Virus record (IMG/VR): IMGVR_UViG_3300031162_001159
Span: 6,650 to 70,649 of that record
Reading direction: 5' to 3' (one strand)
Length of the DNA stretch: 64,000 nt
Source: a virus
In this document: positions 36,501-48,400 of the stretch, piece by piece
Layout: every line of letters begins with the position of its first letter
Numbering within the stretch: position 1 is the first letter of the stretch
Program-made: the position numbers and the translations under genes
Notes under the pieces: generated by a model
The model's input: the letters and a program-made list of their open reading frames with translations, nothing else
Databases searched by the model: none
Told to the model about the DNA's origin: nothing

Positions 36501-37824
36501 CTCCAATCATATCTTCTAGAAAATCACTAGAATCAAAAATAGAATCAGATATATCACTAAGGTCAGAAGATGTAACTTCTGTTTCAGTTTCTCTTACCCT
36601 AAGCCCCCTTTTCCTTTTCTGATCGACATCTCCAATATATTCAACATGCGTATATTTAGGAACCGTCACATCATTTTGAAAGAATTCGGCAAGAACATGA
36701 TGTTTAGCTTTCTCTATAAAAGTAGATTGTTTTATTGTTTTAGTCGCAGTATCTGGAAACCCTTCCTCACCTATAATTTCCCAGCCACTATACTCTTCAT
36801 AGAACGATTTTATAACAGGGATCAAAGCTTCTCTTGTGCTCGTTTCTTTATTAATAAGGTTAACCTGATCTATAAAATCTTTCTCGATTTCAGTATAAAA
36901 TGCATATCCACCTATTGCTCTATGATCTCTATATTCAGCAACAACCTCCGAAAAACTGTTCTTAAAAACGTTGAACAATAACTTCTCAGTCCCCTCTTTA
37001 TTATAAACAAGAAACTGTGTAACATAAAGCTCATCAGGAACAGACGCATCGGAGGCGTTGTCAGTTCCACCACCTTTTTCTATTAGTTGTGTTATTGCAG
37101 ATCTAAAATAATCTGGAGGAAGAATCTCTATATAATCAACTTCTTTTAATTCATCCTCTGGCAGATACTCTCCTAGTTCCTCCATCATATTAAAACAAAA
37201 TCCATCGTCGAATGAATGCGAATTAAAGTTTATGTCTACAATATCGGGAGAAAGAGAGAGATCTAGAAAAAATGTAGAATCTGTCAATGTATCATTACTG
37301 TATGGAAATTCGAAACTTTTTCCAGCAATTTCTATGGTCAACATATAGACAAATTCACCAGAGATCTCTATCTCTCTACTCCTAATAAAAAGCTTTCGAG
37401 TTTTTGTTTTAACTTCAGTTCTTGTCCTGCCTCTATCGTCCTCAACATTTCCCACTGTATTCGACAACGAATATCCAGTTATATCCATAAAAAAAGAGTA
37501 ATTATCGTCTTTAATTACTGAGGTTATTACCCTTTGTACGTCACACTTCTCATCAAGATCAACAACATATGTTCCAATACCGCTGAGATTTTCTTTTCCA
37601 CTAAAAATTTCGTCTATAACGTTTTCAGATATCACGTAATCATCATAATCTTCTGGTGGATTATCTGGGCGTGGATCTCCCGTATGTCTTACTAACTCTC
37701 TAAATTCACTCTCAGACATTCCAACTATCTCATTATTACCATTGGAAAAAACCCTATCTAAAGGTATAGAGCATGACTCTGGAGTTTCATCGTCACAACA
37801 CTGTCTACATCCCGGTCTCCCCAT
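33517..37824 (-). CDS. very large tail-associated / receptor-binding protein
   Basis: ~1435 aa, acidic; ATG37824 overlaps upstream TAA (MGRPGCRQCC); located in distal tail module. Confidence 0.55.
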   Translation of the reverse strand: MGRPGCRQCCDDETPESCSIPLDRVFSNGNNEIVGMSESEFRELVRHTGDPRPDNPPEDYDDYVISENVIDEIFSGKENLSGIGTYVVDLDEKCDVQRVITSVIKDDNYSFFMDITGYSLSNTVGNVEDDRGRTRTEVKTKTRKLFIRSREIEISGEFVYMLTIEIAGKSFEFPYSNDTLTDSTFFLDLSLSPDIVDINFNSHSFDDGFCFNMMEELGEYLPEDELKEVDYIEILPPDYFRSAITQLIEKGGGTDNASDASVPDELYVTQFLVYNKEGTEKLLFNVFKNSFSEVVAEYRDHRAIGGYAFYTEIEKDFIDQVNLINKETSTREALIPVIKSFYEEYSGWEIIGEEGFPDTATKTIKQSTFIEKAKHHVLAEFFQNDVTVPKYTHVEYIGDVDQKRKRGLRVRETETEVTSSDLSDISDSIFDSSDFLEDMIGEVDVLIALLDTEIQVKDLSMNLTQGDTTATGVFKSDLLVDTYLPTANDYTFEEVGYRQRWDEGEIYIGDKNYGKIYDLDDYRHMYYCSIGFKDIENGAMLNYENTDCSFSSGDYYGSASIEGDFTIGKQICVLPFCGSIESRTNVRLPDVSSHNEEYTIHYEGTDQEIPRAVVDVDVRYDDLDRTCGLLNARQEYRVSNGIEVVGSGVGAGVRGISSSKKLTIDGFRLNSANEGEWVYAKQYKEYISIESSEGVFYTVNILIEPTNESSIDILLKEEANRLISQYSGERFQYGNVAVLNRRELDSSNLSSVFSGELSPIINLYAFRYNLFSEGDSVKIHNYISQWPSKSYETIGMKPNTRGFNVAVGEERVNEQAGDLFETSTYGKDDFFNGVDISAPQTRSFPPDYVPMRTKEFDIIYHKGKDTNYIDNGTQDRFMGDSLHSCTIAAIHSQMAKSTVMERNYSQINFVSEDAFDRDGQEYADLILEWERKIASVRCTPAEKTYYIEAVRKYNDINVGSGNGTTVEEPMVSRDYTYIELLEGVEEEKNPSSIFSPNSGEDSIYKGIKALVYQLSAGEGTTSTDIGECLKNFYNQQNIMVWDSDGYFLDANTGLGGAGQDYNLGSKTLSDRNKWDPFTNNNCETCSANNSLRYTISTNGIDRRTGVVLDGIGYERVRQQLWNEDGIGFPDGSFCVDYTYKTNKLIRGRSLGQRLYYDPNTFSPDFPNTVGNLASSEIRGGWPGEAVVDLEWSTDCLTSIGGFGQKFGLPTFYPVGGETKTKTSGGYYIHADAVQGSDYYYYNYKYKVTSSVKIRAYPVRTSSPLSDGCAFGGGRWNLDVDSNIFYSGFDKDGKFSSNGFCLYRGGSTNVEAFNGWNEYGTWEECDCPTVRESIEESIPGPRDSDGNKCYITYPTSGIVKTWNFIANHDVYIFAEDQSFSTIDIRDFPQKIKENRITEKPTVNHSITLESHGNIKINNLDIDPISFRWGPDEYYEL

Positions 37825-40800
37825 TATACACACCCCACATAAATTGGTCTCAACTCATAATTTATTTCAACACACATAACATATACATCACCATCTGCTT
37901 CATCAATATCAACAGAAAGAGAAGGGTCACGATTAACAATGACTCCAATTTCAGGTTCTCCAGTGGAATCTTCTGCATCAAAATGCCACCCCTCACCTCT
38001 AAATATTTTCATTCTCCCCTCTTCGTTTGGATTTGACGGAGTGGTAGGAGCACCAATCGAAGCTGTCAAAGTTCCCTCAACTATTGGCATCATAGAAGTC
38101 CAAACCTGTCTCTTCTTGTGCCATCTAAGCTCAACAGGTCCGACCTTGTTTTTCTTTATATTCTGACCAGCTTCACTATCGAATTGCCCCGTTGGGTTCC
38201 CCTCTCCGTCTTTTATTGCTGGAACTGGTAAACCATTAACATCAAAACCCCAACCAGAAATAGTTCTAGGATAAGAGTCTGCCAAAGTATATATCTTCTC
38301 TTGTGGCTCCTGAATATCTGGATTTAAGTCTACAGGAGTATCTGCAATCGTTGCCCCTCTTTGAACGTTTTCTTTTGCCCAATTCGGATTTAGCTCCTTA
38401 CCTGTAGGATGAAGACTGCCACCATCAAAGAGTCCATCATCATCTACAACTTCTGGCTTCTTCGTTTCTATACTCTCTGTATCATCGTCACCCTCTGGAT
38501 TTCTTCTACTTACAACAGGGTTCACAGTTTCGTTCAGGTCTTTAGTATGAGTCGTCGCCCCGTCACTACCCTCTTTTGCATTATTTGCAGCTTCGTCAGC
38601 ATTTGTTCCAGTCGTTGTTTTTTTGCCAGTGAACGGATTATATCTCTGCATAAATAACGTGTATCCGTTATAAAACTCGGAAGGAACTCTACGATTGATA
38701 GGAGGCTTAGGAATTGGCTTATCAATTGGTGGTAAAGTGTAAAGATCACGAATCTCTTTCAACGATCTAATTGTATTTTTCTGTATATTCGACAGCCTAT
38801 CGTAATTATATTTCTCTAGCTTGCCAGCCTGTTTAGTAAAGCTATCAAAGGTATACTGTGTAGTATATCCACTAGTTCCCCACGACATAGATATAGAAGT
38901 GATGTATGGTCCTTGAGAGGTGAACCTATCTGCCAAACTATACTGAGGGTTGCCCGTTACCTTGATATTTCCATTATCTATCTCTCCAAGGTTTGTGTTA
39001 GCTACGTAGGCAACAGATTCAGCAGCTTGATCCATAAGTGCAGAACTACCAAAAACTTCTGGTCTTAAGTTCGTGTCTTGTACGATCTCAGCTTTTCCAT
39101 TATCTTGAGTTGAAGAATACCAAGGTCCGTAAGTATATCTTCTACTAACTTGAGGAATACCAATCTCAAGAGGCATGATAGGGAGTGGGGGGAGTGTAAA
39201 TTTTAAGCCCTCATATCCAGCAGCTTTAGCAAAGTAAGCTCCTTGTGTATCGGGATCTAGACCAAAGACAAGTTTAGCAATTTGAAAAAGGCCATCTTCT
39301 TGTCTTGTCTCATCAGAGTAGTAAGGCACTTGAGGTACGGTAACTAGGACCATTGCTGTACTATTACCTTGTAGGTCTTTTCTCCAGTAGATTTTGTCAT
39401 CGATACTCACGCCATTGAACGTAGATATACCACTGAATCCTAGAGAATAATCACTACCAAAACTGCTATAGTCATAGATATTAGTGTCTCCAAAAGGATA
39501 CGTAACTGTTGGCTTCAACTTACCTTCACCATCATAGAATGAAATGTCGGAAAAGGGCTTATCTTCTACCCATGCGGAACTAGTGATTTCCCAAGAGCTA
39601 ATATAGTCTTTATCTTCTTCTACAAATTTTAGGTTATTTCCAATTCCTCCCGGTTCTACGGGTAATTTAACAAAGAACTGTTTACCCCAAAAGTTACCAC
39701 CGGCACTGGCAACGCCATCAAAAAGTCTGCGATAGTTCCGGTCTTCTTTAGCCGCTGACAAATATTCCCTATCTCTGACTGCCGTATTATATAAATCTAA
39801 AGGTGTAGCTTCTCCACTTTGTATTTTTGAGACCACATCACTAGTAACCGCCGACTTAGATATTATGTCGGTATCCCCTTTCATAACTTTATAAGCGGCC
39901 CATGCTTCTCTACCAGCCATAGCACACCATATTTCTAAGGGGGTTGCCGAATATTGTTGCCCATTTTCTAATACAATAGGAATCCTTAATGTATCAAGAG
40001 AACTCTCATCAGTAAGAGGGCTTACCAAATATGAACTGTCTCTTAATTTACCCCAAATAGGAAACACATTTCCGGCTAAGGTTTTGGCTCTCCAATAGCG
40101 TGTTGCTTGTCCACCAATTACCACCTTTTGAGTAACAGCATCTGAAAGTTCCCTACCATCACTAGAAGAAACCCAATTCTTCTCATTCTTGAAGTCGATA
40201 ATCTTCTGACTAACAACACCCAACTGAGGTTGTTCAGAACGATCCATCACCTTTGCTTTTATTTTTGCATCACTCGTTATGACACCTCTAGAATCAGTAG
40301 TTCCTTCAACCGTAACAATGAAATCAACAACAGAAACATCGGCTATGTCTCTCAAAATAGAACCTAATGATTGAACTGGCCCCTTAACTCTATATTCATC
40401 AGGAACGACATTTTTTAATTCTGTCAAATCAAGAGTATATTCTGTCTCGCCATATTTTATCTTACCACCAAAGTCATGTTCCCCTCTTGAAATCTCTTCA
40501 AGTAGAGTCAAAAGTGTTGAGGCTGGGAATCCAAAACTATTAACGTTTGCATTTCCGAAGTCGCCACCAAAATCATAATTTTCTTTAATAGCAAAGGGGT
40601 TCCAGACATTCTTAACCTGATTTGTAAAGGCATCTCCTACAGAGCCAATATTAGTCGAAGTTCCAGCACTAAATCCATCCCCTTGAAAGTCGTCCAAAAT
40701 TACAGACACACCTTCAAGAACTTTTTGTGGAGTCTCTAGTGTAACATCCCATATTCTCCCCTGCGTAGATTCTTCATAGTTTCTACGTTGTAAAATTCCC

Positions 40801-40982
40801 CCGAATTGGAAATCTGCAATTGTAAGAATACAAGCTGTTCCAGAAGTAGGTAAATCTATATTGACACCGTTATCAGGATCTTCTAATAGTCTCATTTGAC
40901 ACGAAGAGTTACTTCCGTTACTTCCTATGGTCGGTGATGCTTCCATCACATATGCGTCTAAAAATTTAATTGGTTCTGTCAT
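37824..40982 (-). CDS. tail tip / baseplate hub-like protein
   Basis: ~1052 aa; TAATG-coupled; position downstream of TMP; C-terminal GPVELRW. Confidence 0.55.
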   Translation of the reverse strand: MTEPIKFLDAYVMEASPTIGSNGSNSSCQMRLLEDPDNGVNIDLPTSGTACILTIADFQFGGILQRRNYEESTQGRIWDVTLETPQKVLEGVSVILDDFQGDGFSAGTSTNIGSVGDAFTNQVKNVWNPFAIKENYDFGGDFGNANVNSFGFPASTLLTLLEEISRGEHDFGGKIKYGETEYTLDLTELKNVVPDEYRVKGPVQSLGSILRDIADVSVVDFIVTVEGTTDSRGVITSDAKIKAKVMDRSEQPQLGVVSQKIIDFKNEKNWVSSSDGRELSDAVTQKVVIGGQATRYWRAKTLAGNVFPIWGKLRDSSYLVSPLTDESSLDTLRIPIVLENGQQYSATPLEIWCAMAGREAWAAYKVMKGDTDIISKSAVTSDVVSKIQSGEATPLDLYNTAVRDREYLSAAKEDRNYRRLFDGVASAGGNFWGKQFFVKLPVEPGGIGNNLKFVEEDKDYISSWEITSSAWVEDKPFSDISFYDGEGKLKPTVTYPFGDTNIYDYSSFGSDYSLGFSGISTFNGVSIDDKIYWRKDLQGNSTAMVLVTVPQVPYYSDETRQEDGLFQIAKLVFGLDPDTQGAYFAKAAGYEGLKFTLPPLPIMPLEIGIPQVSRRYTYGPWYSSTQDNGKAEIVQDTNLRPEVFGSSALMDQAAESVAYVANTNLGEIDNGNIKVTGNPQYSLADRFTSQGPYITSISMSWGTSGYTTQYTFDSFTKQAGKLEKYNYDRLSNIQKNTIRSLKEIRDLYTLPPIDKPIPKPPINRRVPSEFYNGYTLFMQRYNPFTGKKTTTGTNADEAANNAKEGSDGATTHTKDLNETVNPVVSRRNPEGDDDTESIETKKPEVVDDDGLFDGGSLHPTGKELNPNWAKENVQRGATIADTPVDLNPDIQEPQEKIYTLADSYPRTISGWGFDVNGLPVPAIKDGEGNPTGQFDSEAGQNIKKNKVGPVELRWHKKRQVWTSMMPIVEGTLTASIGAPTTPSNPNEEGRMKIFRGEGWHFDAEDSTGEPEIGVIVNRDPSLSVDIDEADGDVYVMCVEINYELRPIYVGCV

Positions 40983-42475
40983 TAATATGTCCATGTAATT
41001 GTTCTAGAATATTTTCCTGTCGTTGGACTCCAGTTATCATTCGTATCTGTAATATAGCTCACAACTCCATCGGGAGTATAAGTTGTTATAATACTAGATA
41101 CATCTGGAGCCGCTGCCCTGTTAGCACGGTCCATCGTTAATTCGATAGAGAGTGTTCTTGTGATAGCATCTGCTGCATCTAAGTCTTGAATTATAGGTTT
41201 GTCACTTTTATTCACAACTGGAAAGACAGCTATCAGGTCTCTCTCTCTTGATACGTTATTGTGAGATACGCTTATACTCTCTCTTTTTGAATTCGCAATA
41301 AACTGTTCTTCGTCGGTATATGAATAACTATAGGTTATTACGCCAGCCGTTCTGTTTACAGCAAAGCTTTTTGTGTTTGGGGTATCTCTTAAAGAGAACC
41401 CATCTGTATAATTGTTATTATAGGTCTCATTAGCTATAGTATAAATATAATTCTTGACAGAGGCTAGTGCTGTTCTAGCATTTGTTAAAACATCGTCGGT
41501 ATTTGATCCAACAGAAGAGCTATCTAAGCCGGTAATTGTCCCATTTGCTGTAGCGGTAACAATTCCATCTTCGCTTTCTTGTAGTTCAACATTTACATCG
41601 TGAGTAACTGTCTCTCTAGATGCAAAGAAAGTTTCTGTTGCCGTACAAGACCCAGATGACTTCTCAACATTACCCGTCCTAACCTTATTATAGTATGAAT
41701 AACTCGATAAGTCTAAACCAAAATCCCCACTATTAGTGGAAAATAGTTTAGGGTCAAAGGTTGTCCAATCAGAACCAGATATATTTTTTGATTCGTCAAC
41801 TAGGTTAGTGTTAAACTTAGAAATTACCCAAAGTTGTGCCTGTCTCCAAGCTGCCCCGTCTGTAGCTAAAGTTCCATCTGAGGCATATTTATTAGCACCT
41901 TGAGCAGATAAGTTGTGTGTAACATTGTAAGTCTTATATTTGGTACTTGTTATGTCATGATTTGCACCATATGAGAATTGATCTGCTGGAGTAAATTCCC
42001 AAGATTCGGTAGCTGACTTTAGCCTATACGTAAATTGTTGTTCTCCACTTTTCGAGATATCCTCATAAGCTTCAAACTCCATCGTGTATTCATTGATCTG
42101 TACGCCAGAAGATTCTTCTGGAGAAGATGGTAAAGATATAGATGTTAGTTTAGCATCACTAAATTCAATCGTATTTGGTTGACCACCATAGGGGGTTACT
42201 TCCAATTTACCAACAGCGTTGTTGGTCCCTTGTATCGTTTGTAGCTTGTCGATAATCCCTGATTGCAGATTAGACTGTCTAAGTCCCGCAGTCGCAATAT
42301 CTCCAGAGGCAAGAATAGTACCCGTAACGCTAATGCTATAACGATCCCCAATATGAACATCGTCACCACTAAATATTAATTCACGCTGAATATCAAAAGC
42401 TGGAAATGGGCCTGTAGAGGTTGTCCCACCAATTGTTATAGCGGTTTCATTCTTAGGTGTGTATATAATTGCCAT
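40982..42475 (-). CDS. tail protein (distal-tail-like)
   Basis: S/T-rich beta protein; TAATG-coupled in tail module. Confidence 0.55.
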   Translation of the reverse strand: MAIIYTPKNETAITIGGTTSTGPFPAFDIQRELIFSGDDVHIGDRYSISVTGTILASGDIATAGLRQSNLQSGIIDKLQTIQGTNNAVGKLEVTPYGGQPNTIEFSDAKLTSISLPSSPEESSGVQINEYTMEFEAYEDISKSGEQQFTYRLKSATESWEFTPADQFSYGANHDITSTKYKTYNVTHNLSAQGANKYASDGTLATDGAAWRQAQLWVISKFNTNLVDESKNISGSDWTTFDPKLFSTNSGDFGLDLSSYSYYNKVRTGNVEKSSGSCTATETFFASRETVTHDVNVELQESEDGIVTATANGTITGLDSSSVGSNTDDVLTNARTALASVKNYIYTIANETYNNNYTDGFSLRDTPNTKSFAVNRTAGVITYSYSYTDEEQFIANSKRESISVSHNNVSRERDLIAVFPVVNKSDKPIIQDLDAADAITRTLSIELTMDRANRAAAPDVSSIITTYTPDGVVSYITDTNDNWSPTTGKYSRTITWTY

Positions 42476-45400
42476 TATTCTTCGTATCCTCTAATCATAA
42501 GTGGTTTATCACCGGAAGGTGCTCCAATAGTATCTGGAATTACGAGATTCTTAGAAGCCGTGTCTCCAAATGCCGAAGTTGTATAAAGTGGAATATTGTT
42601 ATCCTTATCTGGACCCTTAACAAACAGGTTCTTATTACCCGTGAGTTCTTCACCACCACCAAGACCTTTTCTTTGTAAGAATAGGGTAGTGTTTGTGTTT
42701 GTTGGTACAGAATTGATTATATATAAAGGATTACCTTTAGATAGATTTGTCACAGTGCCAGACGCTTCATTATTATATAGCGATAGGTTTAGGTTGTCAC
42801 TACTGCTTCCAGTAGGATCATCCACCTGAATAAACATCGGAATATACTTATCAACCGCAACTGATGGTTGACCTTCCATATAAAGTGTTGGTCTGGCATT
42901 TGCATATCCAACATTCCCACCTTCTACTTGCATAGAGAGACCTTGCTGAATATTCTTAATCCCATCATCACCCAGAGTCTGCAAATTAATACTACTGTTT
43001 GAATCAACAGCAGTTCTAGTAACAGTTCCTTCATCTACAAATAAGCTTGAAGAACCCCATTGTTGGCTAGGATCGGCAGCACGAATAGAAAGATTAAGCT
43101 TGTAAAGAGGATCATATGGGTAAGCATATACCAAATTCGTAGAACTGGAAATCGGTTCAACAGTTTTAATAAACAACTCTCTTTCTGTTGTCTTCTCTTC
43201 AAATAATCCTTTAATAAAGGTAGTTATATCCTGACTGTCAGTATTCGTCATATCTAGAGTCATACTGTTGTTGTACCCCTCTGGAACCTTCAACGTCATC
43301 TCTAAGGCATTATTATCCCCAATAACCGGAAGTGTCAAAGTCATATATCCCGGATGATTAGGCTCTATCACAAGAGGTACATCACCATCGTAAGATTCAA
43401 CAGTTTTAATAAAGAGATCAAGGTTCGATGGCTTACCTGCGTTTAAAGCAGTAAGTTTGAATAGTGTCTCGTTTGTGAACCCAAAAGTATAGTTAAACTT
43501 TCTACCAACAATAATTTTATCAGCACCTAAATTCACTATCTTCATAACCTGACTTTCTTGACTGGTGTTTGTCAGTGTCTGTAAGTCTGGAATATATTGA
43601 TCCACTTCATCATCTGTCAATGCAGAATCAAAAGCATACTCAACACCTGTATTGATATTATAGATTTTACCAGTGGACTCTCTCGACATCACAAACTCTG
43701 TATAGTGATCACATAGACCAACAAAAAGGCCAAACAGACTATTTTCTTCGACTGTTGTAGGACTATTTGTACGGACTATAGATGCAACATTACCAATATC
43801 ATAAGTATATGCTCTACCATATCCACCGTTGGTAGATGTATTACCGTGTCCCGGTTCTCCAACTAATAGCTTTTTAGAGTTTTCAGAGTAATCGATAGAA
43901 TAACCGAAGTATCTAACGTCAAACGAAGTTGTTGTAGCAACAAAAGAAGTGGGGGTGATTGTTGAGCTAGTCAAACCGCCAGCATAGACAGCTTCGCTAT
44001 ATGTAAATGTGTTCCCTGATCTATTGAATATGTAAACTGCACCGCGAGGAGAGTATTGTGTGTATGAGGTTATTGTGTTATTAGCCATGTACGGATCAAG
44101 GAGTGGTGCTGATACAATTAGTTTATCATTCGTCAACACTATTCTATGTCCGAAACCGGCTTTTAAGTATTGGTTATAAACAAGGTTGGATTCGTAATTG
44201 GAAAAATCAGCAGTATCTTCAAATTCAGCAACCACTGTCTTTGTCCCATAATCTGAACTATCGCGTCTAACAACTCTGCCAAAGATAGATGTCTGTTCTG
44301 AATGATATAAATCTTCTCCATCCCATACTATCGAGTCGGCAATTCTCTTGTTTGTTTCTAAATATGTTTTTGTGCCTACCGCATTTTCAGAAGTCACAAC
44401 GGTATTGACAGAGAAATCGCTATTTAAGATAACGAGGTATTCTCTACCGACCTGTGTAGAGCCATTGGTGAAGTTGACATGGATAGAAAAGGCTATCTTT
44501 CCGCTATCTGATACTGCGATATCTTTATATGTAATTTTGGATTTTGGGATATAAATACTTGCATCTATTTCTGGTAGTAGGTTGAACACCCTTTTATTAG
44601 AAAGTGATCCATTACTTACATCATATACGATCAGGCCATTTTTATTCTCTGGAGCATTCTGAATAGACGTATTTTCTCCGATAGCAAATATACTGCCGTT
44701 TGAGGCATATGCTCTATTGATTCTGTCTTGACTATAGAATAGGTCTGCTGTAGAAGCATCGGAAGGTGCAGATTTTATATTTTCTCCAAGAGTTGTCAAG
44801 CCGTTATTATCTTCTATCTCATTAAAGCCTACTCCATTCAACTCTTCCAAATTAGTTATAGAGTTGTGATTTCCTACAAGGTTCTCTGAGTTTGAGGTCT
44901 TGTCAAATTTATAATCCGGTCCAGTCAATTTACATGGGTTGTGTGGATTATCATCTATATTGTTAGTATTTGTTGGAGAGTATTTTGTGAACAAAGTTGT
45001 CTCTGAACTATCAGGAATAGGACCAGACATACTAATGTCTAGAGATTTTTCTTCTCTAAAATCGTACATCACCAACGTAGCACCTTGAGTAGCCCCGCCT
45101 TTTGTCTCAGGCATAGAAAGCTTAAGGTTCTCGTTATACGGTGACAGCATATATAGTGGTGCGGAGTTGCTTGTAGGAATTGGCCCACTTATAGACAATG
45201 GTAATACACCTGTGTTTTGCTCTCTACCTATATGTAGCGGGATACTTCCGGTATCTGGAATCATACCAGCCATATATAGTGGTGGACGACCAACTGGAGT
45301 ATTAAACCTCCTATGACCATCTAGGTATAGGGGCATATTCCCCGTATCTTTGATAGGTCCGAACGTATGAAGATTGATATTTCCTGTGTCTGGAATAGGA

Positions 45401-48400
45401 GCTTTTATGTAAAGGTCTTTATCTCCATCTATATCGGGAGTTTCCATATACAGGTTTACGCCAGTAGGTGGGGCGTCAAAACCTTTTAATCTAGGTCCGA
45501 CAAGAGGTAATGAATTATTTTTTGCCCCTTTTGTCTGAGGAATAGAAAGATCTAAAGATCTATTTTTAGTTAACGGCCCAATATATAATGGGAAGTTGTT
45601 ATTATCGGCAGCAATACCAGCAGCATATAATGTATGCCCACCTGTTTTTGGAATGTGTCCCTGTGCAAAAAGAGGTCTATTACCACTTTGGGTAAGGTTG
45701 GAACCGATATATAGAGACAGGAATTCTGGACTATGAACATCAAAAGAGGAATTAGTACCCTTTCTTCTATATGTCGTAGAATTCAAGTTTTCATTATAAA
45801 CTATTTTGTAGTCAGAAAGATCTACACTAACATCAGAAGAAAAATTCCCCAATGAACTTTCAAATATCTGCAAAGAACGAGAAGATACCCCCTTCTTTAT
45901 ATTGCTCTCACTTTCGTCTATATATGCAGAACTTAAAGATTCACCAATACGGATTTGGTTTGTCTCTGATGGGAAAGTCTCTATTATAGTATTTATGTCA
46001 TCGGTTTCTGATATATCTGGAATAGCTATCTTTCTTGAAGCAAGGTCAAATCTACGTAAAGATTTTTCCTCATAAAGAGAATAAGAAAGTCTAAGCGTTG
46101 CGTCCTGTATCTTAGAGGTACTTTCATAGAAGTTCCCACTGTTTAATCTATCCCTGTCGTCCGTATAACAATCGACAGCACCTGATCTACGTTTTCTTAT
46201 CTTGATACCCATAACAAGAGTCTTGTTAACGTTACCAGTATTGCTATAGCTATCTTGTTGTTCATCAGAAGAATCTGTTAATTTACCCTCGACCAAACCA
46301 TCTAAAAATATAGAAGGTGGAATATCAATATCGACACTATATGAACCATCATCCTCTAATACAAAATTCCCTCCGTTATATGTTCCTAGATCATACGGTG
46401 TACCGCTGTCACAAGCACCATTAGAAATTGGTAAGACATATTGTGAACTAATTGTATCTCTAGGATCATTAGGATAAAATACGAGCATTGGTGCGTCATC
46501 TTGAGCACCATTACGTTCAATACTTAATCTAACATTCAATGAGTTATATATATTAACATACCCTTGAAATCTTGGAATATCGAAGAATAGGATTAATGTA
46601 TCATGTCTATAGTATGATTCTACAACAGAAACAGACCCATCAAAATTAGAATCATAATTGTAGCCAACATATGGATTTTGGGCAGTTCCCATGTTGTCTG
46701 AATCATATCTTTCACGAAAGAAAAAATAGTTCTCTGGAGTTACCTGACCAGATAGCGGATTTTTGGTTTTTGTATTCCAATTATCTTTAAATACCACATA
46801 CTCTAAACTATCTCGATAGATAATTTTGTTTTTATGTATATCATATGCACCTGTCATATTGGCATCTGTCCAAGTATAAGTCTCTTCCGACTTACCACTA
46901 TATGATAGATTACCATTTTTAACAAGACCCATTGATGTTAAATCAGACGTAGAAAGACCACTATAGAAGTCATCAGATTTAGCAATACACGGTGCTATCC
47001 TCTGTAATTGTTTATATACATTACCGACCTGTCTCTTATACAATAAAACATAATCAACAGCATTTAGGGATTCGTTACCAAACTCATTAGTTAAACTAAC
47101 TCCGTTTGTTAATAGATATTCACCATATTGAGATATATATTGACCATAATTTCTCCCCCATAGATCGGTTTCTTGAATCGTGATATCTGTAGGTGTCTCT
47201 ATTCTGTCTATTTGGGTAAAATTATCATCTGTAACATCTATAGGATTAGAATATTCAAATATCAATATTCCATCTTCTCTACCAAAGCAAAGAATGTCGT
47301 AGTTATATTCTATCCCGCTAAGCATTGATTCACTTGGGTCTTCATAAATATCTTGTGACAATATAGTGTTAGCAATAGAAAAAGAGGCAGACCCCGTAGT
47401 GTCAACTTCTGTATTATAGATCTGCATTCTATATTTAGATGATATAGCGGTTGAGAAGAAGTCTTTAGATGTGGCGTCTTGTGTAAGGTTGTGTTGGTGT
47501 CCATTGCCCGTACCTCTACCGAATAGGTCAGACCAAACGCATGATCTACTATTTCCAGAGGGTGTTGGGTTGGTCGAAATATCTAGCCAATATTGTTCAC
47601 TAACTGCTGCATCGGCTATATCTATCAAAGAGGTTATGTTTTCTGGATTGGTTAATAGACTATCAATAGCTGCGTGGACATTCGCCCAAGGCTGATCTTC
47701 GGCAGAAATATATCCATCAGAACCAACACCACTCACCTGCCTATTGGTGTCGGTATCTATTCTGAATAGCTGTACCCGTCCAGAAGTTGGATAAGAGGGA
47801 ACAAGTTGCTCCCTTCTCGTATCTGCTCCAAGTCTTGTGTATGTTACCGGAGATCCCGGCTCACCAACAGATAGAGCGTAGAATTCTTCGGCCCCCGTCT
47901 TTATTTTCATAATATCTAGTGAATAGCCGAAATACATTTTAGCTGGATAGTCTGAGTTGGACTTGTAGTTTAATTCAGATAGTCCAGTGGTTGCAGGAAC
48001 CGCAGCGTCCCAGAGGGTTACATCGTTAAGGGTCTCGTTACTGTAGTTGCCACCATAATTAGAGCTTGGGAGCGTTACATTATAACCATTAAGACCTGTG
48101 GGAGAACCATATGACCCATAATAATTCCATGATTGGTAGCTACTCTGTTCAGAATTACCAATACATGTCCACTCTAGACTGGTTAAATTATCAATAGTGC
48201 CGGGAGCTATAGAAAAATCTTCTACAGATCCCGCTTCGTCTGTTCGTGGATCGCTAAATATTGTAAAAGTGTTGCTATCAACCACCTTAACATATACAAT
48301 CCCATTAATATCAGATATCACATTACCTTCCCCAAACTCTCCAGAGATTTTAAGGATATCATAATCAGATAGATCGTGGTCTGTACTAGTTATTTCGTTG